Notes under the pieces: generated by a model
What the model saw: the letters and a program-made list of their open reading frames with translations, nothing else
What the model was told of the DNA's origin: nothing
Database searches by the model: none
DNA from: Antedon mediterranea
Taxonomy: Eukaryota; Animalia; Echinodermata
Assembly: GCF_964355755.1 (NCBI RefSeq)
Contig: NC_092680.1
Location: 19,849,045 to 19,913,044 of the forward strand
DNA length: 64,000 nucleotides
Direction: 5' to 3'
Made by a program: the position numbers and the translations under genes
Shown: positions 26,106 to 40,826 of the stretch, in pieces
How positions within the stretch are numbered: position 1 is the stretch's first letter
Layout: the number at the start of each line of letters is the position of its first letter

Positions 26106-29100
26106 CTCTATTCACAGCTACGAATAAGAATGCACTATTTGTTTTGTACATTCTTATACTCCATCAGAAGAATAAAAAAATGATAAGTATATAACAATAT
26201 CTGCAAAAGACATTTTGTTTGGCATCATGCCAACTATAATAAACTAATCTTTTTTAAATTGTGGACATTTACATTATGATTTGTACAACATAAGAAAGGC
26301 ATCTATTTTGAAAAAAATACTGTGAACCTTAACTAGGATATTGCAATCGATATATTTAAATTTCATGACCTTGAAAACATGCACAACGTTTGAAATTGAA
26401 TATGGCGACTGGATACAGAATATTGCATATGAAACATTTGGATTTGTCTACCTTAAAATCTACACTTTGCTACTTGAACGATTGAATTAATTATCAACAA
26501 ATCTGGTAGACTCCTTGCTTTGAAATGTAAAACATTCGATGTAGAAAAAATTGGTAACTCAATATATGTATCAAACTCTCTATTTCGAAGATGTTTATTT
26601 GTGTGAATTCATAGATGTTTTATCTGTAAATGCTTACCGAACATTGTACATTATCAGTGTCAGGAAATTCACCCAGATTTGTGTTAATTACAAGAATTAA
26701 CTTATAAAATTGTAAAATCTATTTTTAGAAGTTAAAATTCAGAGCGTCCAAATTTTTTGGTTGAATACAGACCCAATGTTACAAACAAGCATGAGTTAGA
26801 TTATTACAAATGTTTTCACAGTTTTTGGAATTAAAAAGTGGTTACTAAAATGGGAAAACGAGATTTTAAAGATATTTTTGACATATTGAATGATGAACAA
26901 TGTTGTGGAATACTTCGATTGATTTTGTGAAGAAAATGCTACCAAACAAACTCCTTTCAATAAGGTAACTTGGATTTTACTGAAACTTTTTAAATAGTTA
27001 GAAAACAGATACTTTGCATATTGTCATAAAATATCATATAAAGTAACTATATAAATAAATGGGAAAACAACAACAAAAACTACGTTTCACAATCAACTAA
27101 ATTTTAATTATTATTATTGAGGAGTGATTGGAAGAAAAATACGGTACTTAATTTTGTTCACTTATTTAGCATATAATGCTCTACATACTTGATATTCATA
27201 AATTATAGTCACTGAATATAGATTTTACTCATCTCATCCCAGGGGAAGTGTTCCTAAGTATTCAACTAATTCATTACTAGCAGATCAATTTGATTTCATT
27301 TCCAAATAATTATCAATTTATTCACGTAAAGCAAATGAATGAATCTTCACAGAAGCATTAATACTACACATTCGTAATCTCTCTGTTAATGTTACTGCAC
27401 GAATTGGAGTGGGTAGTGTTTTAAATTAACGAGGGTACACTCGCGACCTATTGTGATCAGATCTATCTTTACTGTATTTCTCCACTCGAAGGTATCGTGC
27501 ACATTTGAAGCTTAAGATTCTACTGTACAAAAATACGCAATCGTCACGCATGAATGCATAGAGAAGAGGGATAGTTTATGGCCACACATTGCTGAAACAT
27601 AATAAAATGAACTATAAACAAGTGAAATATAACAATAAGCCCCGTCTCTCGGTCATGAAGTTATAATGTCTCCATAATTAGACCTACATTTCCGAAGATT
27701 TTCTCATCTTTGCCTTTTCACATTAGTATCTGCTTCAAGTTTATTGCTTGGTATAGACATACATTTAGGCTGATAAAGATAAATATTGATCACAGAATCC
27801 CAAAAATAAATTTAGATAGTAAATTTAATAAATTCCGGGTCTCAAATTCTTACATAATCATCTCCTGAACTTTCCACTGCTAGAAACATTACAAGTGTGA
27901 ACAATTTAGGCGCGAAAACGTTAATGAAGCGGACGGAATGAAATTAACAGAAAATAATTGGTGTTAAACGCGGAGTGTACAGCTGTTAGCACGAATCGTC
28001 TTGCATCAAGCATTTCAAGATTCTTGCAAAACAAACAACACAGTATTTCTGTACCGAATGAAATTAATATCACTGATGATAACAGGATCGAAGCTAAAAG
28101 AACTCATTAGACTTTTACCAGTACCGAAAAAACGGAAAAATCTCCCAGCTGGGAACAAACATTGCTGCTAAACCGAACCTAACCTACTGAAGTATTAGAC
28201 AATAGTTTCAATTTCTTTTATTTCAGAAATTTCATCCACATCAAACAAACGTACAAACAGAAAAAGCAAATTTGCAAACTTTATCACCTGCAACCTTTGG
28301 TCAAACTTTCTAATATTCAAGTAAGGGACCAATTACTCGGCTGTGTCAGCGACTCTGTTCAATTCAATTCATTGTGAACGCCGTTACACTGCATCCAGGT
28401 TGCGAAATAGTTATCATTAGCGTACTATTTAAACTAATTTTAACTAATTAGATATAAGTCATTATCTCAGTTGAAACTATGCTTTTATAGCTTCACACCT
28501 AACATTTGAAAACACCGACCTAGTTAACAACATTATGGCACATTTACGCAATATTGTTTTTCCATTTATAGTGAAAAATAATATGTGTTTATACGTTTTG
28601 TCCTAATTGAAATATAGAATTTTAGATTTGGCTAAAATAATTACAAAAGGGTAATTGCTAGAAAGATATTGTATTTGCTAAATCTCATGAGAAACGGGCT
28701 CCAAACCACAAGAGAAAACATGTTCTAATTTTGAACTGATATATAATATCAAACTGGTAAACCATATTGGAACACATAATTATATTATAATAATATGTAG
28801 TTGACCGAAGACGAGAAATAAATGTAGTTCCTAAATACAATTATTAGTACCGGATACACGATGACCAAGCTATAATCTCTAAAACTTAAGAACGCAACTG
28901 CTTTGTAGAGAACTATCATCAAAACTAAATACATTTTTTGCAGACATTGTGGTACATGTAAGCCTACCAGTGTTAGCAAAACAGCCATTTAAACTTGAAA
29001 TCATTTGTATTATTATGCTTCAGTAGGCCTAATGGGAACGACACAAGAAGTACACCAGGAGGATTGAAACCCACTTTCGGGACCCAATTTACAGAGGGGA

Positions 29101-29279
29101 GGGTATTGTTGATTGGTTTCCAGTACCTTCAAGTTCATATTTATTAAAGTTCTTACATCTTGTGTACAAAATTGTTTCAAGTACTGGACATAAATACATC
29201 ACTTTACTAGGCCTATTGTTAAGGTCTTAAAATTATACTATTCATGGTACGGCTGCAATGATGCTATTGTTTTACGTTA

Positions 29280-29453
29280 TGGCTAAAGATACGGAGGAAT
29301 AGGAACGAGTTTTATATTTAGGAACGAGTTTTATATTTTGGTACGAGTTTTAGGAATGCAATTTTAACGTACCTTTAGCAAACGGAAGTGCCCTCTATAA
29401 TTACCGTACCGTTAGTTTTTAGAAATATGGATACGGTACCGTATCTTTAGCCA
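29280..29453. mobile_element. MITE-like element with 15 bp TIR TGGCTAAAGATACGG
   Basis: Perfect TIR pair with internal tandem AGGAACGAGTTTTATATTT; no clear TSD. Confidence 0.65.
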
Positions 29454-30768
29454 CGGCGATTGCTTTATCCATATACAGTAAGATCAATAAAACACAGTTC
29501 GTATTACGAAGTGCCGCCGTGGTTAGGACTATTTCTTACAGATCCTCTTTATCGAGGATTAACGCCTGATATGTAATCAAGGTAATAATATTGAAGTATT
29601 ATTATGAAATCAGTACACTATGTTACAATACCTGCCTAGCGCCCTCATCATATCCTGACTCAAGACGATGTCATCCAGCCGTGGTCCGGTATCTTATTTG
29701 TTTCGTTGACCCTATAGATATAAAATAATCAACATTGTAATCACAAATAAAAAATAAACGCAACATAATTTCACTGAGAATGAAATGGTTAAAGATACTA
29801 CGTTGATACATGAAAAGTATTAGCCGCCATCCAAGCACGGCCATCCAAAAGCATACGGTAAGCCTACCGTACCACACAAGGCCGGCCGAAAGTGGCCTTT
29901 GCCAGGCTTGAATACAGTTAGATGGCAACAAGCTGCTACACTACAAATTGGGGCTAAAATTGATACTGTAGTTAAGTTTTCAAACAGAGTTTAAACATAT
30001 AATATCCAATTTCTGGCTAGAATTAGTTATATAATTCATTAATGTCTTCATTTAATGAACTATCTAGCTATAAATATTACATTCTGAAATACGATTAAGG
30101 AACGAAAAACTAACTTTAGAGAGGAGTACCGTACAGTATAATAGTTATCATAATTCACCGAGACAGACTAGAAGTTATACGCATCACTTCACATGGCTAC
30201 GTTGAGACGTGACACAGGTGAAAGTTTCCTGTTAGCCATGACGGTATGTTACAACAAGTTTGGAATTTGTGTAAACTTTTATTTGTGTTGGACTACGTTT
30301 CTTTTTAAGGATTCTACAATTTTAAATAAAATGTGCTTGGTTTTATGATTGCTAAGTTTTAAGCAATAACATTTTTTTAAACATTTTTGAAATTATACAC
30401 ATTTATTAATATACAATAATGTGAAACATTTCTACGTAATTTGCAATATTGATTTACTTACTGCAATGGTAGGACAATTTCCGTGTCACGCCATGTCACG
30501 TGAGTGGCATAGAGTTTGTTATATTGGCTCACGTGTTTGTTATTTACAGTTGCAGCATTGAATTAATCAATCGATACAATTTAATTCGTTCAACTAGCCT
30601 AAATATTTGTTTTCTATTAAAATCCACAATACTGTTCCATAAATTAACGGGACATAGCTAAAGCATGATTATTGCTATGAATTTGGTAAACTTAAAAAAA
30701 TGTTTCCGACCTTGTTTTCTGTGTGTAATGTGTCGCTATGTGAGAAATAAAGCTAGATGTTATATTAA

Positions 30769-31315
30769 AGATGTATTGTCCCTTTGACTAATTCCAAAAA
30801 AATTAAAAATAATAGATTTCGAAAAAAGGTGGGTCATTTTGAAGTATCATAATAGTTATTAACTATCACCAAAAATTTTTCGAAAAAAAAAAAATTTAAC
30901 TGAAATACAGACGTTTTTTTGGTAAAAAAATAACTTTGACTTCCAGTCAAAGTTTTCAATCAAAACATATCCCATAATGAAACGCGCTTGTTTGGCTACT
31001 CTGTATGCATAATCATAAAACTTCCTCATGATCTGTGTGAAAATACCTTCTTAACCGTGACGAGTTGTAAACAATCCTAATTTAGCATATGCATAATGCG
31101 TACTCATGGTTTGAAATCTTTGTTTACTTTCGCTCGTGACGATTTTCCAGATGAAATGTAATCAAACTAATTTACCTGTTAATTATGTAAACTTGTTGTT
31201 TTTGGCTCAAATTTTCGACTTAAAGTGAATAACTTTAATATTACTTTGATATGGCCACTTTAAATTTAGAATATTTTGACCTTCATTTTTTTGTGTTTCA
31301 AGGGACAATACATCT
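30769..31315. mobile_element. Non-autonomous Kolobok-type DNA transposon, 547 bp
   Basis: TTAA|AGATGTATTGTCCCTT ... AAGGGACAATACATCT|TTAA: 16 bp TIR, AG terminus and TTAA TSD, the established Kolobok hallmarks. Confidence 0.85.
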
Positions 31316-34300
31316 TTAAGTTGTATCGAACGAAATATTATAATCCTATGTATTCTATTATTTACATTATTATAGACCTAGTCTTGTAAAATCAAATTCA
31401 TACCGATAATGATGCAAAAATAAAACTTCTGATTGACATTGGCATGACCAATATTTAAAGACTTTATATTTACAATTTATCAAATATTCATATTTTGTAT
31501 TATGTGTAGGCAAGAAATAAATCCTGCTCGCTCAATGCTATGAATCTTAATACAGTATATTGTTTGTAAAAAGTTGTAAGTTTATATCCTTTTTTCGGAG
31601 TTAGAATAATAGGTCTACTTAGGCCTAATGTGACACGGTATTGTACAATTTTTTGATTACATAAATTGAATTGATTTTTTGCTGTGTGGAACGAACAAGA
31701 TACACATAAACTAGGTTCATTTAAAATTAATATACGATCAACATTTGCCCAATTTTGGGCATGCAACTATTTTATTTAGGTAAACATGGAAAACTGTCTG
31801 TTTATAAACAACGCATATTTGTTTTCACCTTAAAAACTATAAACATAACGAAATAATTAAAAACACAGTAATCCAGTACTTAAATATACAGTATTTTACA
31901 ATATAACAAGAAAATACATTATAATCGTTATTCTTGTATCTATATACCACTATGAAAAACAAAAATGAATTGCGTATAGCTGATTCTCGGTAAATTTATT
32001 TTATCAAAGAAAAATACAGTAGGGCCTACAGCATCACATGTGTTCCACATGTATTATAGACTATGATATTATCATTAACATATAACCTTTCATGATACAG
32101 GCATCACATGAGATGTATTTTCCTATGATCTGTCATAGGCCTATGTGGAGATACAACACTAATAATTGGGCGTAGGCCTAATTATATTAAATATTGTGAA
32201 ACCACATTTAACACTTTTTCTAGTAAATAATTAAAGTCGTGTGTTTTTTTTTTCATTTCAATTCATTCTCGTCTAATGCAATAATTATTAAATCATATTT
32301 AACACAATATTTGATAGCAGTCTTTTTGTATAAGTAATAATTAGCAAATAAATAACTAAATGAGCTATTGACTTGGTTATAACAAAGATCATCAACTTTC
32401 GAAAACTAGTTAAATAAACAAAAAACATTTATTCGTTGTTTTTTACATTCAAAATTCTAAAATGTGTTGTCAACCGAATTCCAAGTCTATTTATAAGGTA
32501 TGTTTGGACACTTTCTATTGATTATCAATTTAATTTTGCATTCAACGTCTTTCAATACGATTAATTTAAAGTTCGTTTATTCAATCAAATTTTACAGTTA
32601 ATCAGTAATTACGTATTAGTTGAGAATATATTTAAAATGGGATTTACGATTGGTCAATTTACATTTATAAATGAAACCGTATTGAGTTTGTAATATAAAC
32701 GCGTCATATGTTCCAAAATTTGATTTTATAATTATAATGGTCACAATTTTTAACAATACAGAAAAAGATCAAGGTATTACTATACCTATTTGCGTCTGCG
32801 ACACGATCAAATATATTATATAACTAAATAAAAATAAATGGTAAATGTTTCGATCACTTAGCGCCACCAATGTCGATATGAGTGGTACATTCTTCTTCTT
32901 TTTCAGTACAAATTGTATTCACGCTAAATCTCCCTTTACCACAAATATTACGAAAACACCTCGACCTGTCAATTCAACGTATTCAGTGCTCTGTCGGATA
33001 TGTATCCACACAACAAGATGCATATATGATCTAATGTCAAATGTATTTGATCTTAGGCATTCTACTATACTATTGTCTTATTTGCAACACCATGGCGACT
33101 TTTATATATTATCGAATTATAGATTACAGATGATATCACTGGAAGCCAATGGAATACCTACTTAAACTATTTATAAACTTATACACGTTTTTCAAGTATC
33201 ATTATAAATGAATAAACATTCTTAATTCTAAGAAGAAAACAATTTATTTACACAATAAAATACATGTTAAGAACAATAGATAATAAGTATAAAGCGATTA
33301 ATTCACTTCTTTAGTCATATTATTGTTTCTAAAAACTGTAATATGACCCGCATATTGTAACTTTAATAACTATAATCTGTTAAATCGTTCTGCTTATACA
33401 CCAATTGTAGATACAATTACTTTGTATATTTACAACTTTTAATCTAACCAGCTATTGTTAAAAAATTATGATATTAAAAGCTTATTATGTACACAAGATA
33501 CAAATTTTTTTTCGGAACTGAAATGATGAATGTTCCAACATTGAAACTTCTTCTGTGGAAAAAAAAAATCTCCAAACTTATTGTTTTATTCACAGAGGCG
33601 ACAGAAATTGTACTGAAAAAATTCCAGAGTTTTTAAATTATCTAGACTTATTCAACAATTTGATTATACCTTTTAATAAAATCTAGATTTGAAACATTAG
33701 AGCAAAATATCATTGCCTATTTTTAATATTTAAACGTTATTATAATTTTTTTAAATAAAGGTATTGGACGCGAAGTATGGGAACTTTTTTGTGTCGATTA
33801 AACATATCTCTTTATGTAAAATAATAATAATTACATTGGTCAACTTATTTGACAAAAAGACCAAACAAAAAGCTTTTGCTTGTCTGGATTTGGCCTTGTA
33901 AATTTAATACAAAGTAATTATTTAACAGACGCAGTTGTTTTGTACAACAAAGATAATGTTACAAAATTAATATCTATGCTATAATAAATGATAGATGTGA
34001 GAATTAAATACATTATTATACAAATAATGAATGGGAGATTAGCTGTTCTATTTAACTCTGCTCTAATTTAAATCGCAGCTCGAGAAGGTCATGAAGACCA
34101 CTTAAAACGGTACAATCCCTTTTAAGAATTCTATAAACGGGATTCATAGTCTTTGTTTGAATATATACAAATAAACAAGTAAATAAGAAATAAATAAACA
34201 AGGATACTAAACACTCATCAGAGTTATATTACATGTGGTTGTATCTATTATAGTAAACGGCGAGGTTTGAATTTGAACTGTTCTGTGGATTGCAGACTCA

Positions 34301-35844
34301 ATCATTACAACCTTCATGATACAGAAACAAATCCGATTGGATTGAACTTTTCTTCATTCATATTGATTAACTTTAGGGTGGCTCAATTTATATTAGTCCA
34401 ATAACAATTCAATTTAGATTAAAAGTTGATCTGAGATTGATAAAATGAATTAATACTGAAATTGGAAGATAAGCCAATGATCCGTTCATTTGAGAATACT
34501 CTCATATGTTTTTTTATAGATGTATATTCCAGAAATATAAATGACGTAATAAAAATGACATAAGCCTAGAAGCACGAAGACACAATTCGTTAATCTGAAT
34601 AAGAAAGAACGCTACTGTAATGAATATGCGCAGGCGTTATTGTAATTATATTAGTACTGATTGCTAGCTTATTAATATCCAGGCTATTGAACATACTAAT
34701 GGGTAAATACAGAAATAGTTTTTTTTACAAGGATATACTTGTTTTTATTATTATGTACATTATGCATCAGTGATAATTCTAATATAATGTTTAAAGAATT
34801 TAATATACATATGTACTTATATACAAATATCGTATTATAAATATATAATGAACGATATAAAGTACATTTTTAAGCTAGTGTCGTGTGTGCCAAAAGAGGT
34901 ACTGTTTAGACTATCTTTCTACCTCTTTATGTAAATCTCTCTCTATAAGTTGTTCTTGGTTGTAGCTTTACTATAAACAAGGTGGTTAAAGTAGAGGAAA
35001 ATTTCATATAACTAATTGTAGCGCAGGACAATCAAATTAAGAATAAAAGAAGTGACTATCCAATCGGACTGGTACCATGTGGTCATAATGGCAAATGTGA
35101 GTTACGCCTATAACGCTAACTTATTGTATACATAATACAAGTCTTACTTAATGCAAAAGAATACAATCTATTCTTTAGAGTAAATTTTCACCCATTGAGG
35201 AATGTTTTTAAAGTCACTCTGTAGCGAATTTTATTTCACTCATTCCAGAATAAACTACTTAAGTGATTACAATATTTACGATAATTCAAACCACTACTAT
35301 AGAGTGAAAACTCGCTCTAGTCAGGGAAGAGTGAAATTACACTCTTCCCTGCTCTTGTAGGGCGAAAACAATTCACAAACGAGTGGAATTTCACTCGTAC
35401 AATAAGAGAGTAAAATATACATTAATTAAAACTATATAATTAGTAGAACTGTTCTATTTTCTTTTTCATCACGAATCATCTAATTATTGTTCACTCTTAT
35501 TCGTTATTGTTATATCGATTGAATAGCTTTATGTTCATGACGTACGTTGTTGGAAAGAGGTCGGAAGTATAAAGATAAGAGGTGATATAATATGATGCTA
35601 ATAACCTGAACCTAATGTTTGCTACAACTGTATAACACAAAAGGCAATTCAGTATCCTTCTCTAACTTTCACATGTAGTTTTGATTAACAATTCGCTTAC
35701 TATCATCTTTGTTTTATTTCAAAAATACAAAGTTATTGCAAGAAAGTGACGTCACATGTAGCCTAGTCTCAAATTCCTCGTTTATACTAAGAAATACCGT
35801 CTTTATATTATTATTACACAGTACAATGTGCTGAGTGACTTTAT

Positions 35845-35991
35845 TCAACTTTTTGCTTGAGGTTCGTACGATTGAAACAATAATGGCGCAGATAGGATTA
35901 TTCCACTTGTTCCGCAAATAACAGAAATCAGAAAAACCCACAGGAATATTCTGTCGATTACCATAGCAACGTATTTCCAATCTTCACTCAC
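35845..35991 (-). CDS. nAChR alpha subunit, coding exon 6 ([48 protein letters not shown]), TM4
   Basis: cttttag acceptor, canonical [12 protein letters not shown] pre-TM4 motif, TGA at 35845-35847. The six exons sum to 1479 nt = 492 aa + stop. Confidence 0.96.
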   Translation of the reverse strand: MSEDWKYVAMVIDRIFLWVFLISVICGTSGIILSAPLLFQSYEPQAKS

Positions 35992-36159
35992 CTAAAAGTA
36001 GATATAAGAAACAAAATAATCAGATATTTCAATAAATTACTACAGAGAAAAGAGACTATAATCTGTAACGAAATTGTATATTGTATTACTGTACAAAACA
36101 CAAAACAGCTACTAAACAACATATTAAATCAGATCGTGAAATTAGGGGAAAGTGTAACG

Positions 36160-36875
36160 TGGAGGGAGGAAAAAGAGGTGGAAAGAGAGAGGAGGAAAAA
36201 GAGGTGGAAAGAGAGAGGAGGAAAAAGAGGTGGAAAGAGAGGTAGAGCGGAGGAAAAAGAGCTGGAAAGAGAGGTAGAGAGGAGGAAAGAGAGGTGGAGA
36301 GGACGAAAGGGAGGTAGAGAGGTGAAAAAAGAGGTGGAGAGGAGGAAAAGGAGGTGGAGAGGTGAAAAGAGAGGTGGAGAGGAGGAAAGGGAGGTGGAGA
36401 GGACGAAAGGGAAGTAAACAGGTGGAAAGAGAGCGGGAAAGGAGGAAAGAGAGGAGGACAGATAGGTGGAGAGGAGGAAAGAGAGGTAGAGAGGTAAAAA
36501 GAGAGGTGGAGAGGAGGAAAGGGAGGTGGAGAGGACGAAAGGGAAGTAAACAGGTGGAAAGAGAGCGGGAAAGGAGGAAAGAGAGGAGGACAGATAGGTG
36601 GAGAGGAGAAAAGAGAGGTGGAAAGAGATGTGGAGAGGAGGAAAGGGAGGTGGAAAGGACGAAAGGGAAGTAAACAGGTGGAAAGAGAGGGGGAAAGGAA
36701 GAAAGAGAGGAGGACAGATAGGTGGAGAGGAGGAAAGAGAGGTGGAAAGAGATGTGGAGAGGAGGAAAGATTGGTGGCGAGAAGAACATAGAAGTAGAGA
36801 AGAGGAAAGAAACGGTGGAGAGGAGGAAAGAGAGCTGGAGATGAGGAAAGAGAGGGGTAGAGGAGGAAGAAAGTT
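36160..36875. repeat. Polypurine (GA-rich) compound tandem repeat filling most of nAChR intron 5
   Basis: GGAGAGGAGGAAAGAGAGGT-type subunits with higher-order repeats (AAGGGAAGTAAACAGGTGGAAAGAGAG at ~36406, 36539, 36663). Source of six spurious ORFs. Confidence 0.92.
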
Positions 36876-36934
36876 AAACATGCTAAAATTGTGAGGCTAT
36901 AGATCAATGTAGTAGTTTAGCAAGAAAATCTTAC

Positions 36935-37925
36935 ATTTTCATATATTTCTTCGTTCTTCAAGTGATTAGCAATGAACTTAACGCCCTCTACAGCTTGTAG
37001 AAATTCATGTGAGCATTGACGCGGCCCTTGTGTGCCTGGGACATCTTTTCCACCAGACAACAAATCTTCCATCCTCATACGACTGAACCCGCCAGAGTGA
37101 TGATTTTCAAATAAATCTCTTCCATTTGATTTCTTAATATCATTGTCTTTATGTATTACTTCATTCATTTCAAATTGTTTGAAATTTATTTTTTCTAGCT
37201 TCTCTCTCCTGCTAAGATATTTTTTGGGTCTTGACATACAAAGCAATGGAGGTAAAGTTTCTAAAAATAGTTTTTTTACCCACGGTTTCATTGTGTGTGT
37301 GCTTGGCGCTCTGTAGTGAATATTTAAAACAACCACTGTAATCACAATTGATAATGTTACAAGAACCATCGTAAAAAGAAGATAACGACCGATTAAGGGG
37401 ATCAGAAGTGACGTTGGCGGGATGATATCCGCTATAAGTAAAAGAAACACAGTAAGCGCCAAGAGAATAGATATACATAAAGTGATTTTTTCACCTGAAT
37501 CCGATGGCAAGTAAAACACTAATACGGTCAGGAATGAAATCAACACGCATGGGATGATTAGGTTTACTGTATAAAATAACGGTTTTCTTCGTATTCTTAA
37601 GTCAAACGTAATGTCGACGTAAACCTGATCGCAACAAGGATAACGTATGACTTGACGTGTGGCTGGTGAGCTGATAATGTCCCATTCACCACTTTCCCAG
37701 TAGTCCTCTAGATCGACTTGATCTTTCCCTGGGTTAAGATCGATTAGAGATCCATCGTAAGTCCACGATCCGAATTTCATAATACATCTCTGTTCATCAA
37801 ACGGGAAGTAGCGAACATTTATTTGGCATGAACTCTTATAGATTGCAGGTGGTAGCCAGTATATCAATCCATTGCTATATACTAAGCATTTTGTCATCAG
37901 TGTCACTTCATACTGGCCGTCTGCA
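36935..37925 (-). CDS. nAChR alpha subunit, coding exon 5 (Cys-loop, loops B/C, TM1-TM3, cytoplasmic loop)
   Basis: 991 bp exon covering ORF 36917..37906. Cys-loop [15 protein letters not shown], loop B WTYD, loop [10 protein letters not shown] (vicinal cysteines define an alpha subunit), TM2 [21 protein letters not shown]. Acceptor at 37926, donor GAAAAT|gtaaga at 36934. Confidence 0.97.
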
Positions 37926-38578
37926 CTAAAAATAAAAATAAGTTCAATGTTTAGTTCTGAGAGGAAATCATAATGATATTGATATGATGCTTGTTACATT
38001 GAGGCATGATAATTTAACAGCTTAAGCAGCTTTGCTTCAGGTAGATGCTAAGTTAATTGTTCAGACGTTTGCTGTACGCACAGTACATAAGTACAATTAA
38101 CGTTATGGATATGATAACGAATAAAATGTGATCAACATAATCATTATCAGTCATTATCAACCTTCATCATCAATACCAATAATAATAATTCACTTCTCTG
38201 AATTTCAAACAAACCTGATGAATCTTTTCTATGATCTCTAATAATGTTATTGTTGTCGAATTTATAATAGCGCTTTTATATAAGCAGATTTTCCCAACAA
38301 CATAATGGTATATATTTCAGTATGAAAGGAGTTAATTATCCTGCTTCTCCATGTATTCATTATTATTATTAATTTTGATTGCATATTATTCAATAAACTG
38401 TGTCGGTGTAAATTTTAAAAATGTTTACAAAAGCCTGAACGTTTATTAGTACCCTTTACCGTGCAATAGAACTAGATGTTTCCCGAAATTAACCAATCAA
38501 GGCAGAGATACATAGGCATATAGGCGCTATCAAACATCATAATTAATATTCATCATGATAATACAGTGGAGTATTTAC

Positions 38579-38688
38579 TTATTATACAAAACTAGATCTG
38601 GAAGCCATAACATTTCAGAAGGAACTCGAAGAATGGAGATTCCATTATAATCTGCAGGGTCCCATGCTAACTTGTAGTCATACCATTG
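38579..38688 (-). CDS. nAChR alpha subunit, coding exon 4 ([36 protein letters not shown])
   Basis: 110 bp exon, ttttttcag acceptor, gtaaat donor; W.D..L.W.P..Y and WLPD.VLYN (loop A) motifs. Confidence 0.96.
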
Positions 38689-38987
38689 CTGAAAAAAGGA
38701 GAGAACATACTTGTAAGCACCCTCTAATCATTATTTTGTCATCAATGGGGCGCCTAAATATAAGTTAACCCACTGGGCTAGACTGAAAGGTTTCCCCTCT
38801 TCAAAAATGGTTATAATTAAATAAATAAAAAAAAAAAATGACGAATAATAGTCTGCTATAATCAGCTTTCAATATGCTTATTATAAATGGTAATGTTCTT
38901 GCATGGTAATATGGAATATATTTACATATTGTGTTTGTTTTCTGTAAGTTATTCACCAATATATGATATTTAAAAACAATACTTTAC

Positions 38988-39032
38988 CTGTTTAAGCCAA
39001 ACGTTTGTTGTCATGATTTGGTTCTTTTCATC
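38988..39032 (-). CDS. nAChR alpha subunit, coding exon 3 (DEKNQIMTTNVWLKQ)
   Basis: 45 bp exon with AG/GT borders; canonical DEKNQ..TTNVWL with loop D Trp. Confidence 0.96.
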
Positions 39033-39291
39033 CTTGAATTAATAAAAATTTATTAGAAATTAGCCACAAATATGTATTTTTATCTTGAAAAAGTATAAGT
39101 AGCTCCATCAGTTTTCTGGTCAAGAAAAGTTAGATGACAATTTGTCGGTTAAAGTTCTGATGCCGGACACTTTTTAAATGTTTACTGATGCGCGCCCTCA
39201 TGATTACCAAAGTGTCACCTACCTTGCAAATATCGTTTTAAATGCATGAATTACACATTATGGTTAAGTTGGTTTATGATTTTTAACTTAC

Positions 39292-39431
39292 CACATCAAT
39301 TAACTGTGACATAGTGAGACTGAACTCCACTTCGAGTTTTTCGGAATTATTCCGGACTGGACGAATTAGCCGATTGTAACCTGTGAACAATTTATTGAAC
39401 AGCCGCTCCTCAGATTCTGCTCCCGTAGAAC
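39292..39431 (-). CDS. nAChR alpha subunit, coding exon 2 (STGAESEERLFNKLFTGYNRLIRPVRNNSEKLEVEFSLTMSQLIDV)
   Basis: ttttttag acceptor, gtaagt donor, 140 bp (the conserved nAChR exon size), typical N-terminal helix and YN.LIRPV motif. Confidence 0.95.
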
Positions 39432-40826
39432 CTAAAAAACATATATCAAAGGATCAATGTTGTGATTCAAATGCATTGTTTTGTGCTTTAACAAACCATA
39501 AACCATGATAATATCATAAATACCTCCCTCTATGTTTTAATAAAGACCCATTTAGTACCGTTATCTCCTGTCCGCCTGGATTACCAGGATACGCAGCTGC
39601 AGCACGTGATTCGTATTTGATGTTCACTCTCAAACAATGAAAATGTTATAACAAATCAATATGTACAAGCAGAATATGTACTTATAATTAATGAGACGAT
39701 AGTGATTAGAATGTAGAGTCGATCTAATTGAGTTGTCATCCCCGTGGAACGCAAGCTTCATGCATCGGTCAGTCCCAACGGTGAGCAATTCAAAGTAATT
39801 GATTGTAATAATTTGAATCTTTCTACGCCCATCATGCAAACCAGGCTGGCATGAGACGAAGTTGTCTGGTTCGAATAATGCGTTTTTTAAATGATAAATT
39901 ATGTAGGCGTATTATACTAATATTTTCTCGCTGTCTTTCAAATTGTTACTAATGATAATACCAAGAAAAAAAATGAGATTAGGCCTACACTCTTCCTGAT
40001 TATACTCTATAATTTCAATATGCAATACTGAGGTATTCACTTGCCATAACTGAATTGTTTAGAAAGGATTTACCCATAAGATATTTTATTACAAATTGTT
40101 TCTGTGTGCAGGCAAATTACTAGTATTGTCAACAAGATATCATAGACAAGGACAAATATCAGTATCTCTACATTAAATAATGACAATCTTAGGCACCATT
40201 CAACATACGAATGTCATAAAGAATTACCATAGGCCTACTACCAACATTGTATTAAGAGAAGGAACAGAACACATTTGTCTGTATCAACATTACGCAGTAA
40301 CAGATGAATTATTAAACTATCATATTTCGTGTCTGTCAATATATCAGGTTTAATAATGTGACTGCTTCCACGTTTTGCATTGTAACACAGTTTATATAGA
40401 AATACAAACAAATATTATATGTAATGATACAGGGTTGGTCAAACCACGTCAGAGTAAGCTTATTTCTGTTTCAATTATGTTTATTCGTGTGTTTTAAATT
40501 TATACACGTAGTTGGATATGTAGGCCTACCTTTTTCCACCAATAATTTATGAAATGTAAAATGCCCGACGTATAGTTGAATCTACGTATTATGAACTACC
40601 ACATAAAAATTCAATAGTTTTGTCTGAATCTGACCTTTAAACACGATTTGTGATGTACAGTATGTACCAAAGTTTTAAAGAAATTATTAGCGCCCTCTAT
40701 GTTGACATTGTTACTAATGTTCATTAGAAAACATTGCGTGGTTGTTATTTAGCAAATTAATGTGAAGTAAATGGTTTTAATTTAAATTAAGTAAAATTAG
40801 AAATAGAAAGACAAAAAGTAACTTAC

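Noticed and set aside
36086-36907. Six overlapping ORFs up to 273 aa (S/P/L/F-rich or R/E/G-rich)
   Set aside because: Artefacts of the GA-rich intronic repeat, which lacks stops in most frames; it lies inside a well-defined GT-AG intron.
3795-40050. RFX X-box-like half sites (GTTGCCATG etc.) and a search for REST/NRSE sites
   Set aside because: Only partial X-box matches, and no convincing NRSE consensus seen by eye.
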